Origin: Octopus sinensis
Lineage: Eukaryota
DNA: 64,000 nt
NCBI RefSeq assembly: GCF_006345805.1
Contig: NC_042998.1
Location: 57,908,001 to 57,972,000, forward strand
Direction of reading: 5' to 3'
Under the pieces are notes generated by a model, which was given only the letters and a program-made list of their open reading frames with translations, ran no database searches and was not told the origin of the DNA. Made by a program: the position numbers and the translations under genes. Shown piece by piece: positions 38,970 to 53,042 of the stretch. How positions within the stretch are numbered: position 1 is the stretch's first letter; every line of letters starts with the position of its first letter.

Positions 38970-41900
38970 GATATGAGTGGTTTTGTTCAGTAATGATCCA
39001 AACGAATAGGTAGGCTGCGTAAGTGCTATAATTGGTCATCCGTTAAGTTCCAAGCTCACACCTGAGGTTGGAGCTAGGGATCTATAATAGACTTCCGAGT
39101 CAGTAGGTATATCATAAAGGAAAAGGAAAGCAAAATCAGGCCATGACGAATATCTCAGCTCATTTAGAATGTGTGTTGTGTCTGTGTGTGTTTGTGTGTA
39201 ATATAGGGAGCGAAAGTGAGCTGCGAGTGAGATTTACTCTTTTTCTTTTTTCACTTGCACAGCTTTGGCCGAACCGAGAATGTTGTAGACACTCGACAAA
39301 GGCGACGCACAGAGGTATGCAATCCGGAAACATGTGGTTGTGACCCAAATTTCTCAAATCTCATAACCACACCCTACATTAACATAGATGACCGGGCTGA
39401 AGTATTTGAAGGAGCATTAGGGGAAACGAAAGTGAAATAGAATCTATGATAAAAGAAGCTGCTGCTTCTCATGAACAAAATCATGTGTTTGTTGATAATA
39501 TCTATTATCTCTCTTTTCCCGCCTCTATCTCCATCTTTTTCCTCTCTCCCCCTTTCTCGCCATCTTTTCATCTTCCTCGCTCTCCCTCTTCCTACTCCAT
39601 CTTTCTATTTCTCCCACTGACTCTCTTTATCTTTCTCTAGGCCTTAATCTTAACACGATATCCTGTTATAGTGTTATCGTGACTTAGTTTTCACTTTAGA
39701 GGAATTCTGATTGCAGCCTCACACTTACCAGCAACCATCTGCAACTCCACAATCAACCAGTACTCGCTATTTCCAGCTGCGATCTTTCACATTTCATTCT
39801 TCTGGCAGATAGCTTTTCTCACTTCAAACTCACTTATACCAATCTTTCTATCACACTCAGTAAACACAAGCTGTAGAGTCCAAATTTCTCTCTTGTAATC
39901 ACTTATCTTTGCCACACTAGAATTTAATTTACATCGCCACGCATTTTAATCTTATTTGCTACAGTCGTCATCATAAAAGGGTCAGACACTTATATTTTTG
40001 CATGATCAGTGTAACATATTTTTTTCTTCATTCATGTGATAATAATGCTTTTAATTTCACGTTTTGTTGCAAAGCTTCCAGGTTTTCTTTTAGTGTTTAA
40101 AGTTGCTGTAAGGTGATATCTGAAATATCAACAGATGTTGCAATTATTTCATATTCTTCAATGTTTCAAAAATTCGACACCGACCATTCCGTGTTTGTCA
40201 TTATGGTCACGATTTTCTTTCGAAGTTTGATATTAAAAGAAAAAAGAAAATATAAAAAGGATCTGAAATAAATGATAATCTATTGATTTGTGTTTGAGAT
40301 GGTTCTGCTTTCAAAATATATTAACACTGAGATATAATAACACCGAAATGTCAGGAACAACCATAATGTAAAATTGTAATTTCTATACTCTATGTTTAAA
40401 TCAAAAGAAAATCACGCTCGTATTTTCTATATATTCAAACATATATATGGACTATATATACAACATACAATTTCATACATACATACACGCAGACACACAT
40501 ATAAAAACAGACACACATACACACACACATACAATTGTGTGTGTGCCTTTTCACATGATCAACTAGTACACACATAAAGATTACATACATTTATATAGTG
40601 GTGGTGTCAGAATTGTAAAACATGCAAGACATAATAAGCAGATGTGGAGCGAACAAATGCAAAATGTTATTTTGTTTACGAGAAAATGGATGTCGACATT
40701 ATGGACCATTCGCTACTGCTGTTCGGCTTACGTGTCACCTACAGCCATGCTGGTCAGGTGTCTAAGACAGCATGGCATATGTGACTCGAAAAGTCGTGTG
40801 AGTCAGAAATCAGCAAAAGAATAAAGGCATTTCTCCACCGCAAGAATTAGAGAATCTGAAAAGAAATATATATATATATACATACGTACATATAAAACCA
40901 CGCAAAATCTTTGAAAACTGCAGAAGACCAAGAATGTATAAGAATGTTTAAAAATACAATACGCTAAAGATCATCTCTGAATAAATTATATACATATATA
41001 AATTGATTTTCATCTATAACCTTCGCCTGTCTTTTTATTGTAATCTAGTAGATCCTGTATTTTACCTTTATATATATATTTATCAGTAATGCTCTTCTCT
41101 GTGTTATACTTATAAAGGCAACATATATATAAATATCTACAAAATGTATATGTACAGAAATTTGTATAAATACAGACATATTTTATATAAAATCCACAGG
41201 ATTTGCTACTTATGAAATACCAAGTGTATACTGTTTTATGTATGTTTATATTTTCAGATTACAACATTATTTTAACGAAAAATGGCAATATTTATTTTAC
41301 AACTTTTGGTATTTGAAAAAATATGTTCATATCTGTATGTTTTATATTTCACTGTGTGTTATTCCTAAAGCAATATATTCACCGGCTTTCTTATTTATGT
41401 GATATGATGCTATAAAACTTAAACTTTGTCGGCGAATGTTAGATAATGTTGGCTTAAAAACTAATCTCATATGGGTAGATGATACTTTCACCAGAGCACT
41501 AATCGTTCTGCGTTTTATGGGACATTATTGATAATAGATTAGTTGTATGTGATGTACAGGAAATTACAGAGGAGTAAGCCTAATCTTCCTTCAAATATGG
41601 AGATAACATTAGTTGTGCATTAATCTCATTCCATGTATGCTAATATTAGCTACAGCCTGATATATTTCCATGCAGGCTGAATGCTATTGGCTGCAGGTTA
41701 ATCTTCTGACATTTACTATGTGACGATATAAGAAGATCAGCATCCTCCTTTCAATATGAACAGGAATAACCTATTTAGTTAAGTCACATCAATCGTGATT
41801 TGTACCTGAAAGAACATAGGAAACAATAGATTGTGTGTCTTTTTCTCTCCCGTTCTCCCCCTCTCTCTCTCTCTCTTCCTCTCTCTCTTCCTTTTTATTT

Positions 41901-43572
41901 CTATCTCAAGCATCACACAGACACACATATACATATAAATATGTTTTAGAGATCAGCCCATGCGAAGCGTTTGCCAAGCCTATGCTAAGAACGATACTTT
42001 ACACTGTTCATGGCAAAGAAACATAATATTAATGAGTGCAGCGTACACATTTCTACATACAAACACTAGTCACTCTAATATTAATGTCATATATATAGAT
42101 GCTCAATCCTGCTGGGTCACTATCAAAGGAGAAGTATTTCTACTGATTGCAATGCAGGGTCCAAATACCTCCGAAAGTATGACACCATTATGGTACCTAT
42201 ATGCTCATGTTTCAAGAGTAGAAGTTCGGTATAGAAACATAAGCAGAATATTGCTATAAAATCCATTGAACATCACATTTCGCACTTAATATCTGTCATG
42301 CCACGAATGAATGATATCCATGATAAACATATAAATAATAAATATGTGTTATGTACATGCTCATGTGCGATTGCAACAAATATTACCATTGTTCGAAAAG
42401 AAGAGAGTTTCTCTTTTCCCATGGAATTATAACTTAGATTTGTGAGTTGATAAATATCACACTTTCTCATCAAGCCAAAAATATTATAGCTAATCTTGTG
42501 AAAAGTATACTTTACTTTATGTAATTATAAGGGCAACTACTGTGTAGTGCCACGAATCTCTGATCCAGTTCCACCTTGAAGATTAGTGTTATTTATATTA
42601 AGTTCCTTGCTATTGGGAGTTTATCAAGTAACAATCTAGTCATTTCAGGTTTCGTGTTATAGTTTTATGATTAATTTAGACGAAGCAGTCGAGCATCCAT
42701 GATTGTTGCAGGCATTTTTTTTAGTGCATACCTAATTCGAATGTTTCTAATGGAGCAGAGTGCACTAACAACATTTAATGATGTGTCGGTGTTCCAAAAC
42801 TGGGACACGGATTAAGCCTACTATAAAGTAAACTCAGGAACGGTACTGCAAATGGACTTCGTCTATCAAATTTCATTCAGGTAGCTTTGAATTTCCTCCA
42901 GGTAGCCTATAATAGATGATAATATGCCTAGTTGCGGCACAATAGGTTCGAACCATAAAACCCATAGTTGTGAAGCGAAGCATTTTTACTCACAGCTACC
43001 TTTTTATTTACTTAATTATATTTACCCCGCTGTTGCTTTCTTTTTGTTGTTTAGCGCAAATCATGTAGGATTAAACAGGCTTGCGATCAAAAGAGTTTCT
43101 GTCGCCTCTGTCATCGTATCTTTTCTTTTCAGGCTTAATTCATGTCGGACATCCTTATACAACGTGTCCTTGAAGGTTTTAGTATCCTCAGATCCTCATT
43201 TCGGAGATCTGGTCTGAATGTTTGCATCAATATAGATGATAATACAGTTACTCCAAACCACGGTGCTGGTATTGAATCGCATGACGGACTAAGTCTCCCA
43301 CGTCCAGATCTGTAACCCCTCTCTCTCTAAGAGGCTTCCACGTAGTCTTTGTTTTCTAATTTTCACTTAGTGTACCTGAAACTATGACTGACGATGACTT
43401 TTAATGGCGATGCGCAGTTGGAAAAGATGCTATAAAAAACAAAAATGGAAAAAGAAATAACAAAAAGTTGGTGTGAAGAAAACTTCTTAATGCATATTCA
43501 TGATTGCACCGATTTCAATACAAGACATTGATCTCTACTATTATTTTTCTTTTCGTGCTGTGCTTAATTGCG

Positions 43573-43786
43573 GTTTCAAATTTTAACACAAAGTAAGCAG
43601 TTTTAGTGGGAGGGGAAAGTCGATTACATCAAAGCCAGGGTTAAACTGGTATTTATTTTACCGACCTCGAAAGGATGGAAGGCAAAATCGGCCTCAACAG
43701 AATTTGACGTCATGACGTAGAGAACCGGATTAAATACCGTTAAGAATGTTGTCCGACTCGCTAGCAATTCTGTCAGCTAGCTACTT
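43573..43786 (-). mobile_element. SINE family A
   Basis: aagtcgattacatc...aactggt...ttttaccgacctcgaaaggatggaaggcaaaatcggcctc matches the reverse complement of 11713-11947. Confidence 0.75.
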
Positions 43787-44332
43787 CAGTATAGCAATTA
43801 CTAATGATGGTAAATGTGTAGTAGAAACAGTCGTGTACTGGACTAGATGTTACACAGTTTTAGAGTCACCTTGTTCTGAAGCTCTGTGTTCAAATAGTTT
43901 CTGTCGATAGATTAAGTACAAAGCCGAAAATAAGGAATAAATTAAGTGCACTCCATCCTCCGCAACGCATTCATGGCAATCGACCAAGTTTCTGAATCAA
44001 TACTCTTCTGTATTAAAATTAATGATGTAATAGAGATATTCAGAAATGTGCTATCAATATTATGGCTTCAAAATTGTTATAAAGAAGCTATAAATTCAAT
44101 TGAAATCTCAGTTTAGCATAAGAATATATAAACAGCGTAATGCAACGCTGTTGCCTTGATATATGTAGGAACTAATTTTGTGCTATTAAAGAAAGTCAGA
44201 ATGCCATGTTCTTATCGAATAATACTTTCGAGATTACTGTTTGTAGAAGCAGTGGCAATCTGAGATGGAATGCCTTGATTTTGTTTACATATCACGCATG
44301 CATAAATGACCAAAGCGCATATATATATTACG

Positions 44333-44429
<97 letters not shown>

Positions 44430-45059
44430 CATATATATGTATATATATGTGTGTGTGTGTATAGGTAGATAGATAGCCACTCAGACAATCAGATGGATAG
44501 ATAGATATGCAATATGCATGCGTGTGTAACCACTAACAATAACCTCTAGGTGTTTGTTTACCTTCTCAGTTCACCAAAGACAACTATGGTGCTTATCAGA
44601 CCCCGGTGTCTATTTCGTAACCGACATCTATTATATTGGCTCCATCGAATTATTATCATTTAGCTTACTCATATATAATGCCTGTATGTATGCAATAATG
44701 TATGTACGTAAGTATGTATATATGTATGTATTCATTTATTCTTTTACATGTTTCAGTTACAAAGCTTCTACAATTCCACAGGGATCAGTGGTTGATTCTG
44801 CATCTATTGGTAACCTTAGAATTGTTAGAAAGAATTTGATTTCTCATTACAAGAAAGTACAACATCTCTAATCCAGTAATTTGCTGAGTTAGAAATGTTG
44901 CTTTTCCTCACAATGCAATATAGTATGAAGAGATTGTGGGAGCTGGAATGGATCCCAATATAGATAGATAGATTGAGTAGCGGTGTTTTATGTGCTTTGT
45001 TTCTAGCATGCATCGTTACACTCTATCATTTCTAGTGGTTTTTTTGATACATATAAAAC

Positions 45060-45180
45060 AAGCCACTTGTAAGCAACGCAGCCGGTTTTATATTCACTCT
45101 ATGAAAGGTCTTTTGGAAATCGTAGGAATTTTGGCAAGAAGTGTACACTTGCTTTGTAGACCTCGAAAATGCATGCTGCG
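45060..45180 (+). mobile_element. RTE-like LINE RT fragment
   Basis: Translation IFTL*K...EF...VYTCFVDLENA resembles the RT motif IF.L..L.EK..EF...CFVDLEKAYD. Confidence 0.5.
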
Positions 45181-46074
45181 GGGCATGCTGTAGATTTGTT
45201 TTGCTCTGGCACTCTTGTCTCACTCATTTTTGTTCCTCTCACTACCCGCAGAATATTCACTCACACAGCTCCGCACTCGCTAGGGCAACCAGTTCTTCTC
45301 CACAACATCGATCTTGTCTATGCACAGGTTTCTCATGCAACAATCCATTGCAATTGTTTGAACGAAACATGAATGGCATCATCCAATCCGTTCTCAGAGG
45401 CCCTTCGAATATACCATGAATACCTCTCCTACTTCACACAAAGCCAATAGAAACATTATAGAGCGCTCTCATTTTTATATGTCATAACCAAGCTCTTGGG
45501 GGATAAAATTCACACTTTCATTCCTCGCCACTGTAGCACTGTTTCTATTTGTAATATAATATTGACGTTAATGATCTTAATTATCGTTTTATGTATATCC
45601 CATTCATTCTATTCTTGTGTTGCATAAACTACCCCTTTCCGTACATCACTGTTCTGCTTCACTGATTGAAGATTCTAAAATTATCTCTTATGGAAACTAA
45701 AAGAATATTGAAGAATGTATAAATAGTAGAATGGCACTTATCTTGTGACTAAACTTTCAGAATGAATTCACTTTGATCCCCTTATGTCAGTTTAGCTTAT
45801 TGTCATGACAAAGTGTCCAGAAATACTGTTATGATCCAGTTTAGTGTCTTATACAAAGGGGAAAATATTTCTCATATAATTATCCCTGGATACATAGAAT
45901 AGTACTATCACGTTCAGAAGAAATGATGTCTTACATTTTAGTGCATAAATATTTATGTATATAAAGAACTAAATAGAAATTTGTGCTTGTTAGTGGCTCT
46001 GTTATTTTATCTATTCTCATTTTATCGCAAATTAGTACTTTAAGCCATGTAAAGTTTATAAATGTATATAGTGA

Positions 46075-46278
46075 TTTCAAATTTTGGCACAAGGCAGCAA
46101 TTTCAAGGGATGCGGTACGTTGATTATATCGACCCCAGTGCTGAAATGGTACTTAATTTATCCATTCCGAAATGTTGAAATGCAAAGTCGACCTCAGCGG
46201 AATTTCAATTCAGAACGTAAATTCGGACGAAATGACGCTAAGCATTTTGTCCTGAGTGCTAATGATTCTTCCATCCTG
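46075..46278 (-). mobile_element. SINE family A
   Basis: aaattttggcacaaggcagcaatt...atcgaccccagtgctgaaatggtactt...gtcgacctcagcggaattt...gctaagcatttt. Confidence 0.8.
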
Positions 46279-46286
46279 CATCTTTA

Positions 46287-46707
46287 TCTCTATATCTATA
46301 AACGGCAAAATGTTTGTATATCTGTGTGTGTCTGTGTGTCTGTGTCTTTTATACAAATCCACAGTTTTTCACGTAAAAGTCTCGCATTTTCTATCGGCTT
46401 TAAAAACTGTCTGACGGTGGTCGTGAAGATCTTTTCATTTCCCTAGTCACCTCAGAAAGTCATTAAAAATAATCGCTAAACCGACTCCTTATGCCTATAA
46501 GTTATGGGCATATGGGCATTGCCGAAGTCCAATGAATATTAATTACTCTCATAAAAAGCTCCAACTAGATCATAAACAACAAAACTGGCCTGGGCTGAAA
46601 TGTAATAAGAAACTTAGCTCTTGATTTAGTGAGAAATTTTTACTGCGACGCGGCAACGAAAAACAAGCACTAGCACTAGACCCGGCAACACCGGGTCATA
46701 GCGTTAG
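46287..46707 (+). mobile_element. Non-autonomous Helitron
   Basis: A|TC 5' end (tctctatatctataaa) and a 3' hairpin gacccgg-caaca-ccgggtc (46679-46697) followed by (C>T)TAG|T. The insertion sits between A and T. Confidence 0.7.
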
Positions 46708-47301
46708 TAAGTGTATATATAAAAAAAACAATAATACAAACGATATTATTTCTTAGGGGCAAGGCTACATATATTTGAGAAAGTGATATGAAATACACCG
46801 ATCCCAGTACACTACAGGTACTTCTTTTATGATCCCTGACATGATACTAGAGTGAACCAACTGCTGGGAAATGTACCACAATAGATACATTTATATATGT
46901 GCGTGCGTATTATGTATGTGTATAAAAACTGCCACTGCTTCGGTTACGGCGACGTGTGTTCCAATTGATCTGATTAACAGAACTATCTGTTCGTGGAATC
47001 AGAACTATCTGTTCGTACAGAGATGCAGTGCGGACTTTGTCAGTGAACAGGTCGCGGATTTTAGCGACGAAAATATTTTGACAAATTAAACTTAAATGTT
47101 GAAGTGAATCGAACGGCTTTTGTGTGTTTCTTAAATGGCTTATAAACACCTTCCACGCTGCAATTGTATATATATATATATATTTATATATATTTATATT
47201 TATATATATATATGTAGTTGAAATTTATAGAAAAATAAAGACGAAGATAGGTGCATGATCAACAAGTGTATTAGTTTGGCGATTGGGGAAACTGAAAAAG
47301 T

Positions 47302-47337
47302 CTTTTACGTTTCGAGTCTACGCTCTTCAACAGAAAG
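47302..47337 (-). ncRNA. Ultra-minimal hammerhead-like motif (A6U variant, extra A after A9)
   Basis: Minus strand: cttt-CTGTTGA-A-GAG[cgtaga]CTC-GAAAC-GTA-aaag. Stem I is cttt/aaag, and the ACGT palindrome could form stem III only as a dimer. Confidence 0.4.
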
Positions 47338-47444
47338 GATAAACAGAGAGAGAGAATGAAAAAAGAGACAAAATGAAATAAACGTAGTGTATAAATATGA
47401 TTATATTTTTATCATATTTTTAGTTATTTGTATGTGTGTGCGCT

Positions 47445-47492
<48 letters not shown>

Positions 47493-48878
47493 ATATACAC
47501 ATCGGGTGTGTTTGAAGGAATGTCTGCAAACCTTGTCAAATACCCCTAGACAATTATTAAACACGAAGCCTTCTCTTTGTGTATCTACAAAGGTTTTAAG
47601 CCATTCGATTTTTACCACAGGTCTAAGTGCACTAAAGCTACTACTTCTGATTCTCACTAACATTTAGCTTAGGCATCATATCTAATTAAATTGGTTTATC
47701 TACAATCTTTCTCTTGTTACCATCACATCTTTCTCTTGTTTATTCCATATTTAACGCCTCTCACCTAGTTCATAACGAATAGAATATGCTTTCAGCTGCA
47801 ACATCCTCGTAATTAATAGAACATTACTAGTTCTCTTTCTTTCTGGTTTGGAACTATATACGAATTAATAAAATGCATATAATGAATTAATCTTTCCAGC
47901 TCTCTTCATGAATTTATTTAATTTATCTGGTTCCTATTCTTCGTTGGCACTGTATTTCCTTCATTCCTAACCTTAGTAAATACGTGTCCATAATGTATTT
48001 ACTCATCTATATATATATATTTACCTTTGACTTATTTTTGATTTATCGTTTTAAATCTTTAGTTTTATCTTTCGGTTCCCAGTGAGCATACGCCTTCATT
48101 AACACCACAAATTTATATTTTATATTTATCATTATGGGCATCTATTTCTAGCACTATTACAATTAGGCCATTCCTAAATATCCCTTCCGCTCTTATCAGG
48201 CTCCCTTTAGCTTGACATCTTTATCTTTTACAACCGCTTCATTACTATCACTACCCGCCCTCCCTGCCCTCCACACCCTGCTATTTTTGCCAATTCTGGC
48301 CAGCCTTGGTGATCATTTGACATCTGCTATCCTTCATCTCTTTCTCTATCTGTCTTTATACGTGCACACCTAGCCGCTCTCAACAAGCATACTGCAACCA
48401 TACTGACTAGTATATAACTACTCTATTATACCCACCTGTCTGTCTTTCTTCTTGAGTATAATATTCCTATTTTAACCTCATTCATTCCCTATTCAAATCT
48501 GGAACTAGTAACTTCTACTACCTTGCATTATCATCGAACATTCTATTGGGTATTACCTATAACATACTATTGAGTATCACCTACAACTGTATTTTTCATT
48601 TGATCATAAATTTACCTAACGCATTTCTATTTCATACTGATCCTTCCCTCCTTCTCGATAAACTGGTATACACAAATATGCTCGATTGGGGACATCCGTC
48701 TCTTTTACATCTCTCTGACTTCTCCCCCTAAATGTGATGATTCACTCACATGACTATTCAAGAAACAGCTGTAAGCGACTCTGTATATCTATATTCTCAA
48801 GTGATGCCAAACGGTTTGCCCTTTCACTTTTACTTAAATTTTTATATACATACATACATACATACATACATACATACA

Positions 48879-48909
<31 letters not shown>

Positions 48910-49639
48910 GCATGAGAAGACAGGCATAAAACAAAACATACAAATCTGCACGTATAAATGCATACATGCATACAAAAATACCTTGTTGTTGATTTTGAAA
49001 TTCCTTGGACGTAGGTTAGAAATCAGCTCTTTCTCTACTGGCAAGAAATCTTGAAATAAAACTGAATAATGACATACGTGCATACGTACATGTTTGTGTC
49101 GGTGTGTTCATGTATGTGTAAGTGTATGTATGTATGTATGTATGTATGTATGCTTGTATGCATGTACTTCTTTAGCTTTGTATATCTATCACACACTCTC
49201 TCTCTCTCACACACTCTAATACTTTCACACACACTCTTTCTCTCTCTCCTTCCCTCCCATCTCTCTTTAGACACGACACACGCATAGTTTCCTCTGTGCG
49301 TGTATGTGTGTGTGTGTAAGTGTGTGTGTGTGTGTGTTTGTAAGTGTGTGTTTTGTGTTTGTGCATATATGCGAACTTATGTGAGAGTTTGTTGCTTTAT
49401 ACTAAGAACTAATCTCTGCACTTCTGATATTAATTGGTTGTACTTATAAGTTGTTGACACCAATGAAAATTCTATATCTAATAAATAGTTGTCGTTAAAG
49501 ATTTTGATAAGAATCGATTAATTGTAATGTTGATTGCGGACGACCATCGCTTGAGCGGTAAGCTGGACTTATGTTTTGCTTGGATTTCCTTATCGGCGGC
49601 TTCTTTCATTTATTTATTTATTTATTTATTTATTACTAT

Positions 49640-51950
49640 TGCTTTACTTCTCAGAACATTCGGTCTTGTTTGTTCTGGTAGATTCTTGGAGAGCGGACAG
49701 TAACCTCCCACCAAAGGCCTCACAGTGTCTCTTTCCGCACATTATAAGCTTTGATACTTGGCTTTTAATTATCGTGGGTGTCATTCAACATCCAAGTACC
49801 AATCTCAAAATCCTAGCTGTCCCCAGCAGAGCAATTTTTGGGGCTTCCTCTGTTCTCATGTCAATTCAGATTCTTTGACATAATTTTCGAACTTGGTTGT
49901 TAGTGCTCTAAGTAGCTCTACAACTACTGGAATGATAGACACTCCTTTCATAGGCCACACTCTTGCAATTTCGTCTTTTAGTAGTCTGTACTTTTCGATC
50001 TTTTCTAGTTCATTGTCACTTGTGCGTGCATCTCCAGATATTACAATATCTATGATCCTGGTTTCATTTTTTCCTTTATCTACCACAACATCTGGTCTCC
50101 GAGCCTCGATTAAGGAGTCACATTGGATTGTAAAATTCCACAGTATCTTATGTTCCTTGTTCTCAGTGACTCCTTCCTGTTCGTACCATTTGTATGCTCT
50201 TTTCAGGTCGTACTTTTCACATAGCCTCCAGTGGACAAACTTAGCCACGTTATCGTGTCTTGTTTTGTAGTATTTTGGGGCCGGCTTGCTACATTCACTC
50301 ACAATATGTGAGATAGCTTCGTTTCTGCTGCCACACATCTTACAAAGGGGCGATTCGCTATTCTTGTCTATTTGGAACTTGGTGTAATTAGTTCTCAGAG
50401 CTTGTTCTTGGGTACTGCATATCAATGCCTCAGTGTATTCTTTCAGATTATTTCTTAGCCATCTTCAAGTATTGATCTTGTCTTTTCCTTCGATTTATCT
50501 GAGGTACTGTCCATACAGTGGTTTCATTTTCCACTTGTTTACTCTTTCGTCTTCATCTTGTTTCTTAATGTTTGCACTTGCATCACATTTTCTGTAGGTA
50601 TTGTATTGTTAATTTTGACCTTGAATTTCATTTCTCTCTGTAGAATGTTATCCAGCTCCAAATTCCTTACATATATAAACCCATTACCTTTGGGTCCACC
50701 CATGGTTTCTCCTGAAAGTAAACGCAATCCTCTGCAGGCTACTTTCTTCCATCTTTTCATATTAAGTACTGAGCATTGCATCTGGTGATCCCAAATTCCA
50801 TACCGATGCCCCTACAACACCTCTGGACTGTTTTGATCAAGCAATCTATCAATTTCAGTTCCTACGTAAACAGAAGATGATTCGATGATGGGCCTTTCCT
50901 CCCACATCGGTAACCCATCTTAACTTTCCTAAGTGTCATTGTTATGGCGTATTAGTGCAATTATAAAACTTAACGGAGAAAAACGACTCGCCTTGGAAGA
51001 TACCCATTTTAATATTAACTTCTCCAAGGAATACATTACTTCAGTACAATTTGGTTTTCCACTCTTTCATGCTATGCATCAGAAAATTTGTGATGTTGTC
51101 AACAACACTAAATATCTGCAGGCATTCAACGATCCAAGAATGAGGCATCATATTATATGCTTTCTTAACACCAATCCAAGCCGTAGATATGTCTGTATGT
51201 TGTTTTTTCAATGCCTCAAATCTGTTTCATCGATGACCAGGTAATCCTTGGTACCCTGAAAGTTCTTCCTACATCCTTTTTGTTCCCTTGGTAGTATTTC
51301 TTCCTGTGCCAGGAAAATGTATGTCCTTTCCGCGCATATTCCAGTGAGTATCATCCAGATTATGTTTAAGCATGCTATGGGACGGTAGTTTCCCACGATA
51401 TTCCCCTTTCTTCTATCTTTCATTATAAGTGTTTTCCTCCTAGTCACCATCCATGAATGGACTGTTACTTTCTGGACACACTCATTCAATTGGGCTGCTG
51501 GTGTTTCTTGCGCCACGTGGCATCTCTTCAGCCAGAACCCATGAATCCCATCTGGTCCGAGAGCTTTCCAGTTAGGCACTTTACCCACTTGTTCTTTCAC
51601 GTCACCCGTGCTTATGAAAATATTCCTTCTTTCTTTCGCCCTCGTAATTCTGTCTTCATAGTTCCTATCCACATTGCATCCCTTTTATGCACCACATTGT
51701 TTCCCCGCATTCCACTCCGCAACTCCTTCACTTGATTTGCACCAGGAGCAACATTTTCCCCATTGCCTCTTCTAACGTTCAGAATAATTGCTTCGGGTTA
51801 TTTATTGAACAATCTGTTCTCGAACTGCTTATTTCTGTTCACAAATCTTCTGGCCTTTTGCTATGATCCTCTGTTTTAACTGGTCTATTACTGCATCAAA
51901 CCCATTCTTCCGTATTTCCTTTCAATACGTCGTTTCCACCATGGTTCTTT
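49640..51950 (-). mobile_element. Older, degraded R4/Dong-clade LINE (family C) spanning RT, zinc knuckle and restriction-like endonuclease
   Basis: NWKALGPDGIHGFWLK, GNYRPIACLNIIW, EQKGCRK..GTKDYLVID; then CKMCG...EAISHIVSEC...RHDNVA, RRPDVVV..IIDI, IPVVV. The 3' end abuts (TTTA)n/(TTA). Confidence 0.85.
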
Positions 51951-51970
51951 TGCTCCACCATTTTTTTTCT

Positions 51971-52723
51971 CTGGGGAGAGTCATTCTCTTTTGGTGCCTT
52001 ATAATTTAACACACTCACCGCTAAAATTTCCACTTTTTTATTTTTTATTTTTCTAAAATTTACGTTGCGTCTGGCAACCTATTCAATAGTTATGCACACT
52101 GCGTTCCTTTTTGTTTCTGCACATGTGAGTGGATCAGTATGTGTGTGTGTTTGTGTGTGTGTGTGTGTGGCTATACATGCACACACACTAACTTCAAACA
52201 AGGACACATATGGAAACACACGTCAACACATATGGAGATGGACATCCATACATACAAACGCGGTACATACTTGCAAAGCATACACACACACACACACACA
52301 CACATACACACACTAAGACATGCAAACACAAGGAGACAGAGGTACACACGCACATATACAAACACACGCACGCACGCACATACATAAAAACACACAAACA
52401 CGGACATGCAAACATGAATATACAGAATAAATACATACAAATGTACACGCATAAATAGATACATATGCACACACGTACATGCATACATATATGTATACAT
52501 ATATGCATGCATGTATGTATAGGCACACACACACACACACTGATCCACACACATGCGCACAAACAAAGGAAACGGAACGGAGTGTGAGTAGCGACAGAGT
52601 CAAAACTATTGAAAAGGTTGCAAGATGCAACAAAAAGTTTCGAAAAATAAAACGAAAGAAATGGAAATTTTACCGATGTGTGTGTTAAATTATAAGGCAC
52701 CAAAAGAGAATGACTCTCCCCAG
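51971..52723. repeat. Long fold-back element with about 200-bp inverted arms, the outer 44 bp perfect
   Basis: ctggggagagtcattctcttttggtgccttataatttaacacac (51971-52014) is the exact reverse complement of 52680-52723. Imperfect complementarity continues inward to about 52180 and 52500. Confidence 0.9.
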
Positions 52724-52791
52724 ACACAACAGAGTATGCTTTAACACACGAACTCACATAAACAATCTTGCAAATCAAATCCCAAAACGAA

Positions 52792-52834
<43 letters not shown>

Positions 52835-52968
52835 AGTGGGTGTGTGTGTGTTTGTATATATACAAAATTATATATAAATAAACACACATATATATGTTAT
52901 ATATAAATGAACACACATATATATGTTATATATAAATGAACACACATATATATGTTTGTATATATATG

Positions 52969-53042
<74 letters not shown>

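Noticed and set aside
42091-42130. Cytochrome b5-like wording SCWVTIKGEVF
   Set aside because: The acceptor is poor (microsatellite-like) and the HPGG motif is absent.
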